From assembly GCA_973895155.1 (NCBI GenBank), contig OZ316895.1, positions 17,030,170-17,094,169 on the forward strand: a stretch of 64,000 bases of DNA. Direction: 5' to 3'. The translations under genes and the position numbers were made by a program. The notes under the pieces are model-generated. The model was not told where the DNA came from and ran no database searches. It was given only the letters and a program-made list of their open reading frames with translations. The DNA is from Marsupella aquatica. Its lineage: Eukaryota > Plantae > Marchantiophyta. Shown one piece after another: positions 22,873 to 34,400 of the stretch. How positions within the stretch are numbered: the stretch's first letter is position 1; the number at the start of each line of letters is the position of its first letter.

Positions 22873-23232
22873 GAGCCGGGAGGGCAAATTTATTTGGAGG
22901 TTCCACGCGGCAGTCATTTGTCCTCCACAGCGCAGAGAAGCACTTGGCGGGCTTGAATCGAGAAGCTGCTCAGTGTTGAAGCTCATTTCATTTGGGAGAG
23001 GATGGTGAATTGACGCATGGGAGGCACTCAGGTACGTCGGCTTAAAATTAAGTTACGTAGCGGTTGATAAATGGGCGATGCTGAGTAGGCTCAAAGCAAT
23101 AAAGTCCGGGAGGGAGTCAGATACTTGGCCTTCAATTAATCGAGGTCGTCCATTACTACTGTAGCCTCGATCCTTTCGCTTTGTGATACGTTTTCGGTGT
23201 CAGATTTAGCAGCCTACGAACCTGCCGCACCT

Positions 23233-23279
23233 AAACCCTAATGCCCCACAGAAGAGGAATCTGCAGTCGGTTAGGGTTT
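23233..23279. promoter_or_regulatory. Inverted pair of telo-boxes upstream of ELP5
   Basis: AAACCCTAA at 23233-23241 and TTAGGGTTT at 23271-23279, about 150-190 bp before the ATG. Confidence 0.55.
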
Positions 23280-23420
23280 AGGAAAAAAGCAGGACTGCAG
23301 GAGGACTGTATCTATCTTCCTAAGGGTGTCTGGGTACCATTGATGGGGATGTGCAGGTGATGAACCGAGCCGGCCGGCCAAGGCAAGGGAAGAGAACGAG
23401 AGGGGCGAGGGAGGTGAGAA

Positions 23421-24626
23421 ATGGTGGACAGCGTGAAGAGGAGGCTTCGAGATGGTGTCTTAGAAAACGAGCAGCCGCCTGCGATTATGTTGCGAGACAC
23501 AGTGTCGACCACGGGCGGACCACCTCTGTTGAAGCACCTACTGCTATCTATTTGCGACAATGTTTCTAGAGGTCTCTCGCAAGCTAAGGGCGTGGTTGTC
23601 GTTGCCCTTAGTGAACCTCCGGAGAGTTACACCAACTTTCTGCAGGAGGCCGAGCTAACGGACCCCTGCGATGACGGTCCACCCAGCTGGTTTCGCTTGC
23701 TCGACTGCTACACGGATCCTCTGGGCTGGGAAGGGGAATCTGAAGGAAATGACAACCATAGGGGTCCTCTAGTCTGTAGAAATGTCCGCAACTTGGATGG
23801 TCTGGTGACAGGCATTCTTGAACTAGCTAAGGCTTCTGTCCAGTCTTCTGGGTCCCCGGATTGTTTCACAATCTTCATTGATTCGGTGAGCATGTTACTT
23901 AGATATCATGACATGACAACAGTGACGCTCTTACTGCAAGCGTTGCGAAGTACTGATCAAGTAGCCGGTGTATGCTGGCTCGTACACGGTGACTTGCACG
24001 ACCCGCGAATCATGAAAGGCTTCGAGTATAATGCTTCCACGACCATCGCTGTAGAACCGTACGTGGATGCCGAGGGTGAGAGGAGAGAAGGAGGCCTGGT
24101 GACCATTCGGCAGAAGCGGAGGAATGGGAGGGTCCGCGAAAACGTGGAGAGGTTCTACTTTACTGGAGGTGGAGGACCAACTTTCGGGCCTCTAGATAAG
24201 ATTGAGCCTCTCGAGAGTGGGAGTGGAAAGGATACGGCCCCTAAGGTTCAATTCAACTTATCCCTCACGGAGAGAGAATTGGAAGACCGGTCCAAAGTGA
24301 TTCTTCCTTTTGAACATCAAGGGAACGGCCAGGAAGGGAAGATCTACGACGGAAGAGCGAATATCAAGATGTCCTATCTAGCCTCTCAAGCTCGAGATTT
24401 GGCATTGTCGGATGCAGCACATAGCAACCAAGGGAGGGTCCGTGGTGGAAAAGAGGTCGCGCAAAGGTCTCGTTTTTCCTCTCAAGCTGGAGAAGTGGCA
24501 CGAGCAGAGGATGAACCTGAGTCAGCCGTTCTAGGGACGGGATTCGGAGAGATACATTATCTGCGGGATTCTGACGATGAGCGGCCTGATTCTGATGAGG
24601 ATCCGGATGATGATCTTGACATTTGA
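23421..24626 (+). CDS. ELP5: Elongator complex protein 5 (single coding exon)
   Basis: 401 aa. N-terminal LRDG.LENEQPPAI.LRD, LDCYTDPLGW, IFIDSV..LLR, WLVHGDLH, KRRNGRV, PKVQFNL.L.E.E..DRSKVILPFEHQG, and C-terminal GEIHYLRDSDDERPDSDEDPDDDLDI are typical of plant ELP5. Confidence 0.93.
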   Translation: MVDSVKRRLRDGVLENEQPPAIMLRDTVSTTGGPPLLKHLLLSICDNVSRGLSQAKGVVVVALSEPPESYTNFLQEAELTDPCDDGPPSWFRLLDCYTDPLGWEGESEGNDNHRGPLVCRNVRNLDGLVTGILELAKASVQSSGSPDCFTIFIDSVSMLLRYHDMTTVTLLLQALRSTDQVAGVCWLVHGDLHDPRIMKGFEYNASTTIAVEPYVDAEGERREGGLVTIRQKRRNGRVRENVERFYFTGGGGPTFGPLDKIEPLESGSGKDTAPKVQFNLSLTERELEDRSKVILPFEHQGNGQEGKIYDGRANIKMSYLASQARDLALSDAAHSNQGRVRGGKEVAQRSRFSSQAGEVARAEDEPESAVLGTGFGEIHYLRDSDDERPDSDEDPDDDLDI

Positions 24627-25689
24627 TTGAAGGGAATCCCTGATGTAAAGTGAAAAACTGTGCATGGAGTGTGGCCCTGATCGAGAACTGAGGAGATGGG
24701 AGGCCGCACTGGTGTCTTGCTGAGGAACCCAGGTTGTTCCACAAGTTAGGGGTCAGGGTCATGTGTCAATACACAGTGCCTCTGGCCCAAGTTTTTGAGT
24801 GAAGTTCTACCAGACCTCTCTTCTGACCTCAAAGCAGATCTTCCGGAAGTGGCGCTGATCAAGAACTTGCGAAACAGATGCCCGACTGATGCCCAGCTTT
24901 GAGGAAGGGTTGTCCATGTTTGCAGGGTTTCGGGTTATGTATCATACATAACCTATGGGCCCAAGTTTTTGAGTGAAGATTGACAACCCTCGTTTGGAAA
25001 GACGAGGCCTGCACGGCTTTTAACCTTCAATCTTGCTTCGACTGTGACTTCCATCCAGGTCCCGAAAATGTGTTCATCGTTCAGCCGCAACAGCTGGACT
25101 ATCTGTCCCGACCTGTCAATCAGGTACCGATGAAGTGAGGGGTTGAGATTTGGGCTCTTAGGGCTTTCCCAGTGCACACTATCTTTTTACTAAAGACTCT
25201 TCCATCAAATGACGTTGAATTCTGCACACCTATCAGGAATCCTTGTTCCGGTCCGAACGCTTCGTAGAACCTACAGCTTGCAGGGTATGGTAGAAGAGAT
25301 GGTGCAAGCGCGAGCTCTCTACAAACCACATTGCCCTGGGTTTTCGGTGCAGGCCTAATGGGCAGGTTTTCTGAAAGGTGTGCAGACTGGAACATGATTT
25401 GATGAGGAGAGTCTAGTGAAAAGTTAGGAGTGATGATACAAGAGTTTCTGGACGAAGCAGAACTGTGTTCCGACATTGTTCGATCTCCTCCTTGTCGTTC
25501 GGTGGAGTTTTATAATGAGGTACAGAGTCACATGCACGAGACTGGGGACTCGGTCCTGGACTGGAGGGCCCTGGTGGCATTTGCTTTCGAGCCTGCCATG
25601 CCGACCGAGAGCTGGCGATCTCTACTCTCGAATATCAGAAGCAACCCCTCAATTTAGGTTCCTGTTGGTTCAAGTTGTAATCTCTCTCC

Positions 25690-25859
25690 CTTATGCCTGA
25701 AATAGTCGCAGCACAGACTCAAGTCGAGACTCAAGTCGAAACAAGACAATTGTCTGGAGAAGGCTAAGCACGTTTTTCTCGTGTTTCAATTCTAGACTTT
25801 TTCCACAATTGTCTTTTTTCGACTTGTGCCTCCGCTACGACTATTTCAGATTGCATAAG
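25690..25859. repeat. Inverted repeat of about 170 bp (MITE-like hairpin)
   Basis: Left arm CTTATGCCTGAAATAGTCGCAGC...CAAGTCGAAACAAGACAATTGT pairs with right arm ACAATTGTCTTTTTTCGACTTG...GCTACGACTATTTCAGATTGCATAAG. Confidence 0.8.
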
Positions 25860-28800
25860 CTCACCTGACCGTTTGTACGTTGAAGTCTGATTAGAATCGA
25901 ACTTTGACATTATGTCAAGAGCGTGTGTGATTTCTAGCTCTTTTGACGTTCTAGAATTGGGATACGTCTCTAACCTTGTCTACAACCTGTAGTATCGAAC
26001 TAGCGCCTGGTGATTCCAAATTGGAATGGGTTTTTAAGCCGTTTCATTCATCCTAGGCCCATAGTAGGGAAGGCTACTGAAGTATTTGTTTGCGTCTCAA
26101 TCTTAGGCATTTCTTTGTACCTTCTTTCGCTACTAAAGATTCTTAGACTTCGATATTTGATTTCTGCTTTCGTAGCAGACAGCAATAAACTACACTGTTT
26201 AAGAAATCTGTGTGCCTCACGGCTGATTACATTTATACACCTTACATTCACCATTGTATCGTCATTTCACATCATTTTTTTTTAGCTGCAAGTCTCAAGT
26301 TGCTCGTCCTTATTTACTGTGTCGTCATTGCACATCATTTTTTTTAAGCTGCAAGTCTCAAATCTTTAAGCTCGTCCATCAGTGGTTCACTAATAGACGC
26401 TCAACAAATTGTCTTCAACTCCAGCACACTTTGCAAATTTCTAGGTCTCCATGTATTTCCAGAAGTGCCCGACAGCCCAGAATAAGTCAGTAGAGACTCG
26501 ATTTCCTAGCTTGTGTTTGAGAACTGCCTATTTTGTAATTTTGCAATTTACATAATTACCAGGGACGTCCGAGTCCTTAGTATATTTGAGGCTAGACATA
26601 GGGCTCATGAGAGCATGTGACCTTTCTGCTACTAAGTTGTACTGAACAAATGCTCTAAAACGCAATGCTGTGGAGCAATATTTCTTTTGGCTGAAAGAAG
26701 TTCACTTGAGGTGATGGGGGCCGACAGCGGCCCGAGTTGTTGGCTTCGTTGGCAATGTACATCTGTACCGTAGAAACATACTGTTCATTGGACTGTTTTA
26801 ATGGCCTAGATGGTTTTGTTGTCAACCTTATTATAGAAACGTATTGTTCAGATCACCGAAGTATTACTGGAATTCACACACTTGATTTGAGCAAACAATC
26901 TTGACTTGGCCTAAGGCACATTTGCATTTCTTTCACGTAGATTTATTTTGGGGGGCCGTCGAGTGCAACTTTTTTGAGCAAAACATCACATCCAAGTAGC
27001 ACTTAGTCTCACAATTCATGCAGGCTGTCCTTGGGGGCTGTCTTATGTAGAGCAAATGTGATAAAAATACATAAGTAATAAACCTTGAGGGTCCCTAGTC
27101 CAAGATATGAGATGCAAGTTGTGTTATCACAAAAACCCAATTCCTCACTGAAGCTTCATTTGAGGAGTCCTTTCAAGAGTGTTTTTTCCCAATGCAAGCA
27201 TGACTTGGCCAGGGTTAAACCACAACTACCCAAGCTACGGGTTACCTGATAAATTTTTCTTGAAATTGTGGAGCAAACTGGCATGGGGGAGGTCCTGAAA
27301 TTGTGAAGCAAACTGGCATACTAGAGGAGAAGAGTAATTAAAATGTGAAAAAGGGGGGAGGTCTTGGACGCTTCCCTTATATAGGGCAAGTTGTGGTTTA
27401 AGGATATCTATCATTACTCTACTTAGATGCTTGTAAGAACTATACATTTTTGACTTGACTGTTTTGGAGTTATTTGATGACAGGAGTAAAGTATTTCCTT
27501 TAGGCTATTTCACAGTTTTTCTACAAGATCAATAAAGCATCTGAAACAACTTGCAATACCAGAACCTTGGGTCAGTCATGAATGAGAATTTGAGCTTTAT
27601 ATATGGACTGGATATCATTTTGCATGGAGAATAAAATATTGATTTACTTGAATCTACTATAGTGTCTTTTTTTCTCTTATCTCATACTGATTCTTTAAGT
27701 TAAGAACAATTCTGTACTTTTCATTGTTCTTATGTCTTTATTGTTTTTTCTCATTTATTGAAGGTTTCTGCTCATTGCACTTTCATTTGCTTGCTCTTCA
27801 TTGTTTATAGAATGATATTTACTCCTTTTCAACTAAAAAACTTTACTATTTCATGCTTTCATTCCAAGCCCATTGAATTGTTTTGCTCCTTGGTACACAA
27901 ACAGAATAGCTAAAATCAGATTCTTTTTGGGGGAGAATTTTAGAATATTTGTGCAAGTTCAAATAGCACTACGGTGTATAGTGACAAACCAGGTGTACAC
28001 CATGTTGTATAATGTATTGTTCTACCTTTAGTGACCAAGCAGGTGTCCACTATATTGTATAGCCTAGTGACCACATAGGTTTGGTCACGGGCCTGGTTAG
28101 TGTGGTACCAAGAAGAGTAGGGTGGCCAATCACTTATATCACACTGGAGGGCTGGTAATGACAGGGGGTTGCCTGACACGCCTAATCTGCTCTGTTAGAT
28201 GTTCCAAATTTAAGGAGTATTGCTGGATCTGGCAGCCAGAGTCTCGATGGAGTGATGACACATCTAGTTTTCACTGTTACTTCTTCCAAATTGTGAGACT
28301 ATTGTCCAATCTAGCAACCAGAGTCTCAAAGGTATAAGGAAATCTTATTTTCTTACTTGTATGTGTACTTAGCTAGCGCAGATATTGGGTAAGAATTTGG
28401 CAAAATTGAAGTCACCCTCTTTTAATTATGTTGTGATCCAACCATTTCCTCTTGACACATTGTGAGTTGACTTAGTGTCCGTGAAAAGCATATTGCTACA
28501 GTTGGGATACTTGCTTGAGATTCCATGCAAGGTCCCCTATTGTTTGGTTTGGTACCTTATTTGACTAAGAAACTTTTTACAGCTAAGCTTTCTAACTGGT
28601 TTGTTCACTTTGTTGTGACATGGCTTAAAGCCTTGACGACGCATTGATTAGTATGAGCTTAAATGCAAATTCACATCAGTAGCAACTGGTAGGTGGATCA
28701 CAGGTCGCTTGCTTCTGGCCAGATAGAGTCATTTTGGGGGGAGGAATGCCAAGTTAATTTGGTTTCTGATTGCTTCAACGCTTGAAAGCAAAGAAACACA

Positions 28801-30077
28801 ATAAATGAAAGTTAGAACGATAGTAAGCAACCAACTTTCAGTTTCTATCTTATAGTCTGCTGGCTCGTGCATTTGCATATTATAGTTGAAATGACTCAGC
28901 AGCCCCTAAAGTGCCTGGCTATCCCCTCTCCCTTTTCTTTCCTCAACCCAACACTCATGCATGTACAGCTTCATATAATAATAGGTATGAAGCTTAGCTT
29001 AGCCTTGCTTTTCGCTTCATAGAACAGAATTGAGTTTTATTGCAATTTTATCTTTTAATGTCCTTTTTGTCCGGGTGTATCCTTTGTATTTTGTGACTTT
29101 TTTGTTTTGCACCTTTAGCTTTGGAGTGCCTTGAATGAGATGAATTATTAATCATCTAATCCACCCTTATATGGGTATTTTCCACCTTAATAGATGCGAC
29201 AGAGTCAACTCCATTCAGATTTGAATATATGACCTCATGTTTGCCATTGTGAGTTGCTACCAAAGACTATAAGATCTATTTGGCCTGGTTAGGAGAAATT
29301 AATATATAAATAGTTTGATATGAAAATCTAAGCCAGCCCTATTAGAGGGTTCAAAATCCAGGGAGAATTTGGTTTTGCTTTTAACATTGAAACTTATTTG
29401 AAATGCATATGAAATTCTAATACTGGGGTCTTTCTTTTGTAGGTTTTTTAATGTCCTAGAAGGACCCCAATCACAGGAGAACTAATTTGTTTTCTCTATT
29501 TTGTTGTTTCAGATAGTATATAGTAAGTTTATGACAGGTTAAAGTAGTGAAGTTTGAGATGAGAAAGATAGAAGATAGTGGGAGTCTGGAGCAATATGAA
29601 GTATTCTAAAATGGTCATACCAGTTGCAAAAGTTACGTAATAAATATGTTTTGCTATCTCTTTTTGGATGATTGTAAAATTTGATCTCCAAGGTAAAATA
29701 TAGATTTTCTAGATGCTCCCATTTGCTCCAATCTCTCAAGGGTCAGAATAGTAATGAGGTACTCCTTTGCACTCACCCTGGATCCACTGCTTTTCCGCTG
29801 TTTGTTCCCCCATCTGTTCCTTGGCAGTATAATAGATACACAGATTGGTGTATGATAATCTCTATAAGCCATAAACACTTCTCAGAGCCCTTATATATTA
29901 TCTTTCTTGCCATGTGAAAATTCTAAAATATTCCTTATTCAATTTAATAACTGACCTTTACATCTTCCTAGATTGAAGGATATCCCTCAGACTCAAGCTT
30001 GTGGGGTTTGTGACTGGGTATGTGGGAAAGTGGCTACTGGGATCCAAGACAAAACCTGGCTGAGGTTGGTCAAAAGT

Positions 30078-30958
30078 GGGCAGTACTATTTAGTGAAGTG
30101 AAATTTGGCCATTTTTTGCACTTAGAAAGAAACCCTGGTGGAGGAGGTACAGCAGGTTTGGTCAACTACACTAGATCCTTCCAACAATTGGGGAAACGAG
30201 GGTCTCAAGTGAGGGCACTCATGGAACCCAGTCTCACGGTGCGAGCATAGCAACAAGCAAGGCCGGCCCGGGGCCGGCCGCATTATTATTCAACCTCCTT
30301 CTTCTCCTTTGGGCAGTACTGTTTAGTGGGGTGAAATTTGGCCAAATTTTGCACTTAAAAGAAACCCTGGTTGGAGGAGGTACAGCAGGTTTGGTCAACT
30401 ACACTAGATCCTTCCAACAATCAGGGAAATGAGGGTGCCAAGTGAGGGCGCTCACAGAACCCAGTCTCATGATGCGAGCGTGGTAACAAGCAAGGCAGGC
30501 GGCATTATCATTCTCCTCCTCCTTTGGGCAGTACTGTTTAGTGGGGTGAAATTTTGCATTTAAAAGAAACCCTGGTTGGAGGAGGTACAGCAGGTTTTGT
30601 CAACTACACTAGATCCTTCCAACAATCGAGGAAATGAGGGTGCCAAGTGAGGGCACTCATGGAACCCAGTCTCACGGAGCGAGCGTAGTAACAAGCAAGG
30701 CCGGCGGCATTATTATTCTCCTCCTACTCCTCCTTTGGGCAGGACTGCTTACTTAGGTGAAATTTGGCCAATTTTTGCACTTAAAAGAAACCCAGGTTGG
30801 AGGAGGTACAGCAGGTTTGGTCAACTACACTAGATCCTTCCAACAATCGGGGAAAACGAGGGTCCCAAGTGAGGGCGCTCACGGAACCCAGTCTCACGAT
30901 GCGAGCGTAGTAACAAGCAAGGCCGGCGGCATTATTATTCTCCTCCCCCTCCTCCTTT
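30078..30958. repeat. Tandem repeat of about 210-235 bp, 4 copies, directly upstream of SEC24
   Basis: Units start GGGCAG(T/G)ACT near 30078, 30311, 30526 and 30737. Each has GAAACCC.GG..GGAGGAGGTACAGCAGGTTT.GTCAACTACACTAGATCCTTCCAACAAT and ends GCATTAT.ATTC..CTCC. Confidence 0.92.
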
Positions 30959-31427
30959 CGTTCGTTTCCAACACGAGACGGACGAAGGAACGAAGGAGAA
31001 AGAAGAAGATGCAGAGAAAGACGAGACGAGTCCAGACGAGACCAGACGAGACGAGAGCACACTGCAACTCTCCCCGTCAAGCATTCGGTGTAGTGTGGTG
31101 TCCTGTCCTGTTCTGTCCTGTTCTTCTTCTTCTCGTGCCTGCCTCCTCTCTTCTCCTCTCGCTCTTCCTCTCGCTCCCGCTGTTCCTCTTGCTGTCATTC
31201 TTTCCCCGACAGATTTCAGAGAATTCCATCCCCGGAAACGGAATACAGGACGATCATTCTTTCCTCGATCGATCTAGCCCGTGGGAGGCTGGAAGCTTAG
31301 ATTAGAGGTCCGGCAACCTAATTGATCGGTTCCGAGGCAGCTGGACGCGAGGAGGGGGTTGGTCGAAGTGTAGTGGATTTGTGGAGGTTGTTTGCTGAAT
31401 TTTGCGCGTTTTGAGCTTCTTTTAGCG

Positions 31428-34400
31428 ATGGGGATGGAGGGGGATTGGACTCCCACTCCGCCAGCACCTCCCTCCGGACCTCCCACTGCTTCAGGTTTCG
31501 CTGGTGGTCCGCCTCAACAGAATTTTGGATCCACGGGGCAGTCGGTGGTTCCCGGGACGATGAATCAAGGTTTGCAAGGGCCTCGAGGCCCTCTGGGCAA
31601 CAACAGCGGCTCCTTTAGGCCACCAGGGCAATCGATGGCTGCCCCCGGGATGAATCCAGGTTTTCAAGGTCCTTCCAGGGCACCCATGGGCAACAGCAGT
31701 GGTCCTCCTGGAGTCCCTGGCGGTTTCAGACCACCTGGGCAGGCTGTGCCACCGTCTTCGAATCAACAGCTTCCGGTAGGAGGACCTCGAGTGAATTCCA
31801 ACGGGCCTCCTCAAGGCGTCCCTGGATACGGAGGAGCCCAAGCGCAACAGTTTTCAGGTCAGCCTGCATTTAGGCCACCGTTTGCTTCTGGTCCACCCAA
31901 TGTAGGTCCCCCTGGTGTAAGGCCAAGTTTTGCAAATTCTATTGCTCCTGTGGCTGCTGCTGCTCCTCCTGGACAGGGCCGAGGTGCAGGACCTCCCCCG
32001 GGTAGATTTGGACCTCCTCAGCAACAGCAGGCAGGCGGACCACCATCTGCGATTAGCGCAGGAAGGGGATTTCAGCAGCAGCCCGGTCCATTGAATGCAC
32101 CGCCCAGCAATGTAGCATTCAGAGGATCATCACTAGGAGTTTCTGCTTCAGGACCACCTCCAGCTTCGTCAGGAGGTCTCAATTACTCTCAAGCAGCTGC
32201 ATCTCAGCTAGGCCAAGCAGGGATCAGTCCTCAATTTCCCGGAGCTCCAGCAGCTGCAGCAACATATCCACCATCAGGGCCAATTCCGGCATCGGGAGCA
32301 TTTCCAGGTCCAAGTGGGGGCCCTCCTCGTGGCCCTCCTCCAAGCCAGCTCGGTGGTCAAGCCCCACCGAGAGGCTCTGTTCCGCCCTATGGACCTGAAA
32401 ATGTGCCCTTGTCGTCACAATTCCAGAATTTGAATGTGGGCCAGCAAATGCAAGGTGGATTTAGTGGTCCTCCTCGTCCAGGTTTTGGTCCTCCTGCAGG
32501 CAGTGGCACGGATGGCGGAGCTCCACCAACTTGGCAACAGACTGGACAAGGGACTGCACAGGGACCTCCCCGGCGCATCTACCCAGATCCTCTCGGTGGC
32601 CCCCCTACGGTAAGCAATGTTTTCCAGGCGGGTCGAGAATGTCGGGTCGTGAGTGTGAATTTGTTCAAAGATGCCTGCCTACACCTGATAAACACACAAC
32701 AATGGATTTAGTAACTTAGGTTGAAGATGCGAACTTCTTTCAAAGTTGATAAAGTCAAGGAGCATTTTTGAAAGTGGGCACAGAGGACTGAGCTTTTAAA
32801 GTAAGATCGGTTGGTTTTGAAATTAGGAAGATCTTCGATTTATTACTTTTTCTGGAGGGGTTTTCATTTCTTTCTCTTAGCTTGTGGCATAAATGAATAC
32901 TAACTGAAAACAAGTGAACAATTAAATGCAGGGTGCTCAACCACCCCACGGACCTGGTGTTCCTCAGCAATATACTCATCCTCCTTCTCATCTTCCTCCA
33001 AGCATGGGGCACCATCCAGGGGTTGTGGAAAAATATGCTCCAGGAATTGCAGGGATGTCTCAGCCTAGTTCACCTGCTCCTCCAAATCCGCAATCCGGGG
33101 CTTCCCGGATTGACCCCAATCAAATTCCCAGACCTCTTCCTGGAGCTACGTCGATTGAGTTTGAGACTCGTGTTAATGGGCAACCAAACCTTCCTCCGGT
33201 AAGTGACCACCTTTGGCACTGCGAATATTTTTGCCTTGAAGGATGGATTATCTGTTGCTTAAAATGCTGCTGCCAATTGAATCGTGGGCTAATAATTGGT
33301 TATCTCTCTTTTTCTTTTCATCTTTCAGTCGGCCACTGCCAACTTCATTGTCAGGGACACCGGCAACTGCAGCCCACGATTGATGCGATCTACTCTCAAC
33401 CAGGTTGGACATGAGACGTTAAAAATCTTAGGATTGTTAGACATTATTTTGCAGCAGTCATTTCGAGGTGCACTCCGTTCAACTGAAAATTTGTCAAATC
33501 GTTTTGGTTGGTGAGATATATTCTTGCATTGTGAAGTTAAAATGACTTTAGCTTCAGTTTAGCCCTTGGTTTGACGAAGGGCCATGTTTCGTTCATCTAT
33601 GGGTCCCTCGATCCTTGGGCCCTCCATCATCGGGGCACAGACAACATATTAACAAGACGATGTCGTAATGAGGGTCTTACGAAAATGTCCATACTCTTTA
33701 GATTGCCCATCGGTGTTAATCAGGTTGAAAATTCTCAGTTTCACAGACAGTTCACTATTGTAATGTCTGCTATTCCCTGTGCCACTCAGTTAATAAATTC
33801 AAACCTTACATTTATGGTGATTTGACATAAGCATCTTTGCAACCTTCTGGATCTGACTCGGTGAGTTGTGATGTAGATTCCATGCTCTGGTGATCTCCTG
33901 GGTACATCAGGCATGCCCCTAGCTGTGATGGTGCAACCATTCGCCTTGCCTCATCCCTCGGAAGAGCCAATACAGGTGAAGTATTCCGCTAGTGGACTGA
34001 ACTTCACTTAAACGGAGGGGATATGGTTGAGCACATTATTATCGTCACAAAGATCGTTGTTGCCTGGGCTTTGTCAAGTTTTTTATCGATCTAGGAACCT
34101 CGCAACTTTGGTGTGTCCTGAGTTCTACATCCAATGTGGTTTTCCTTGCAGGTAGTTGATTTTGGTGATAGTGGCCCCGTCCGCTGCTCTCGATGCAAAG
34201 CATACATCAATCCTTTTATGAAGTTCATAGATCAAGGACGACAGTTCACGTGCAACTTATGTGGTAAGCATTTTACTCGGAAGAATTCTCTAATAGATTA
34301 GGGTGTGCGGCTGAGCCTTTGCAATTAAGAATAATTGAATGCACAGTTGCAGAGATAGTCGGAAAGACTCGGTGTACATGTCTGGATCCCTCCTCAAAAT

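Noticed and set aside
27057-29475. TGTGAT...ATCACA-bounded stretch as a possible solo LTR
   Set aside because: The flanks GCAAA and GGAGA do not form a TSD and there are no coding remnants. Probably old TE sequence, but the boundaries are unsupported.
30757-31305. 182-aa ORF upstream of SEC24
   Set aside because: Made of the last tandem-repeat unit plus microsatellite-like leader sequence; no domain.
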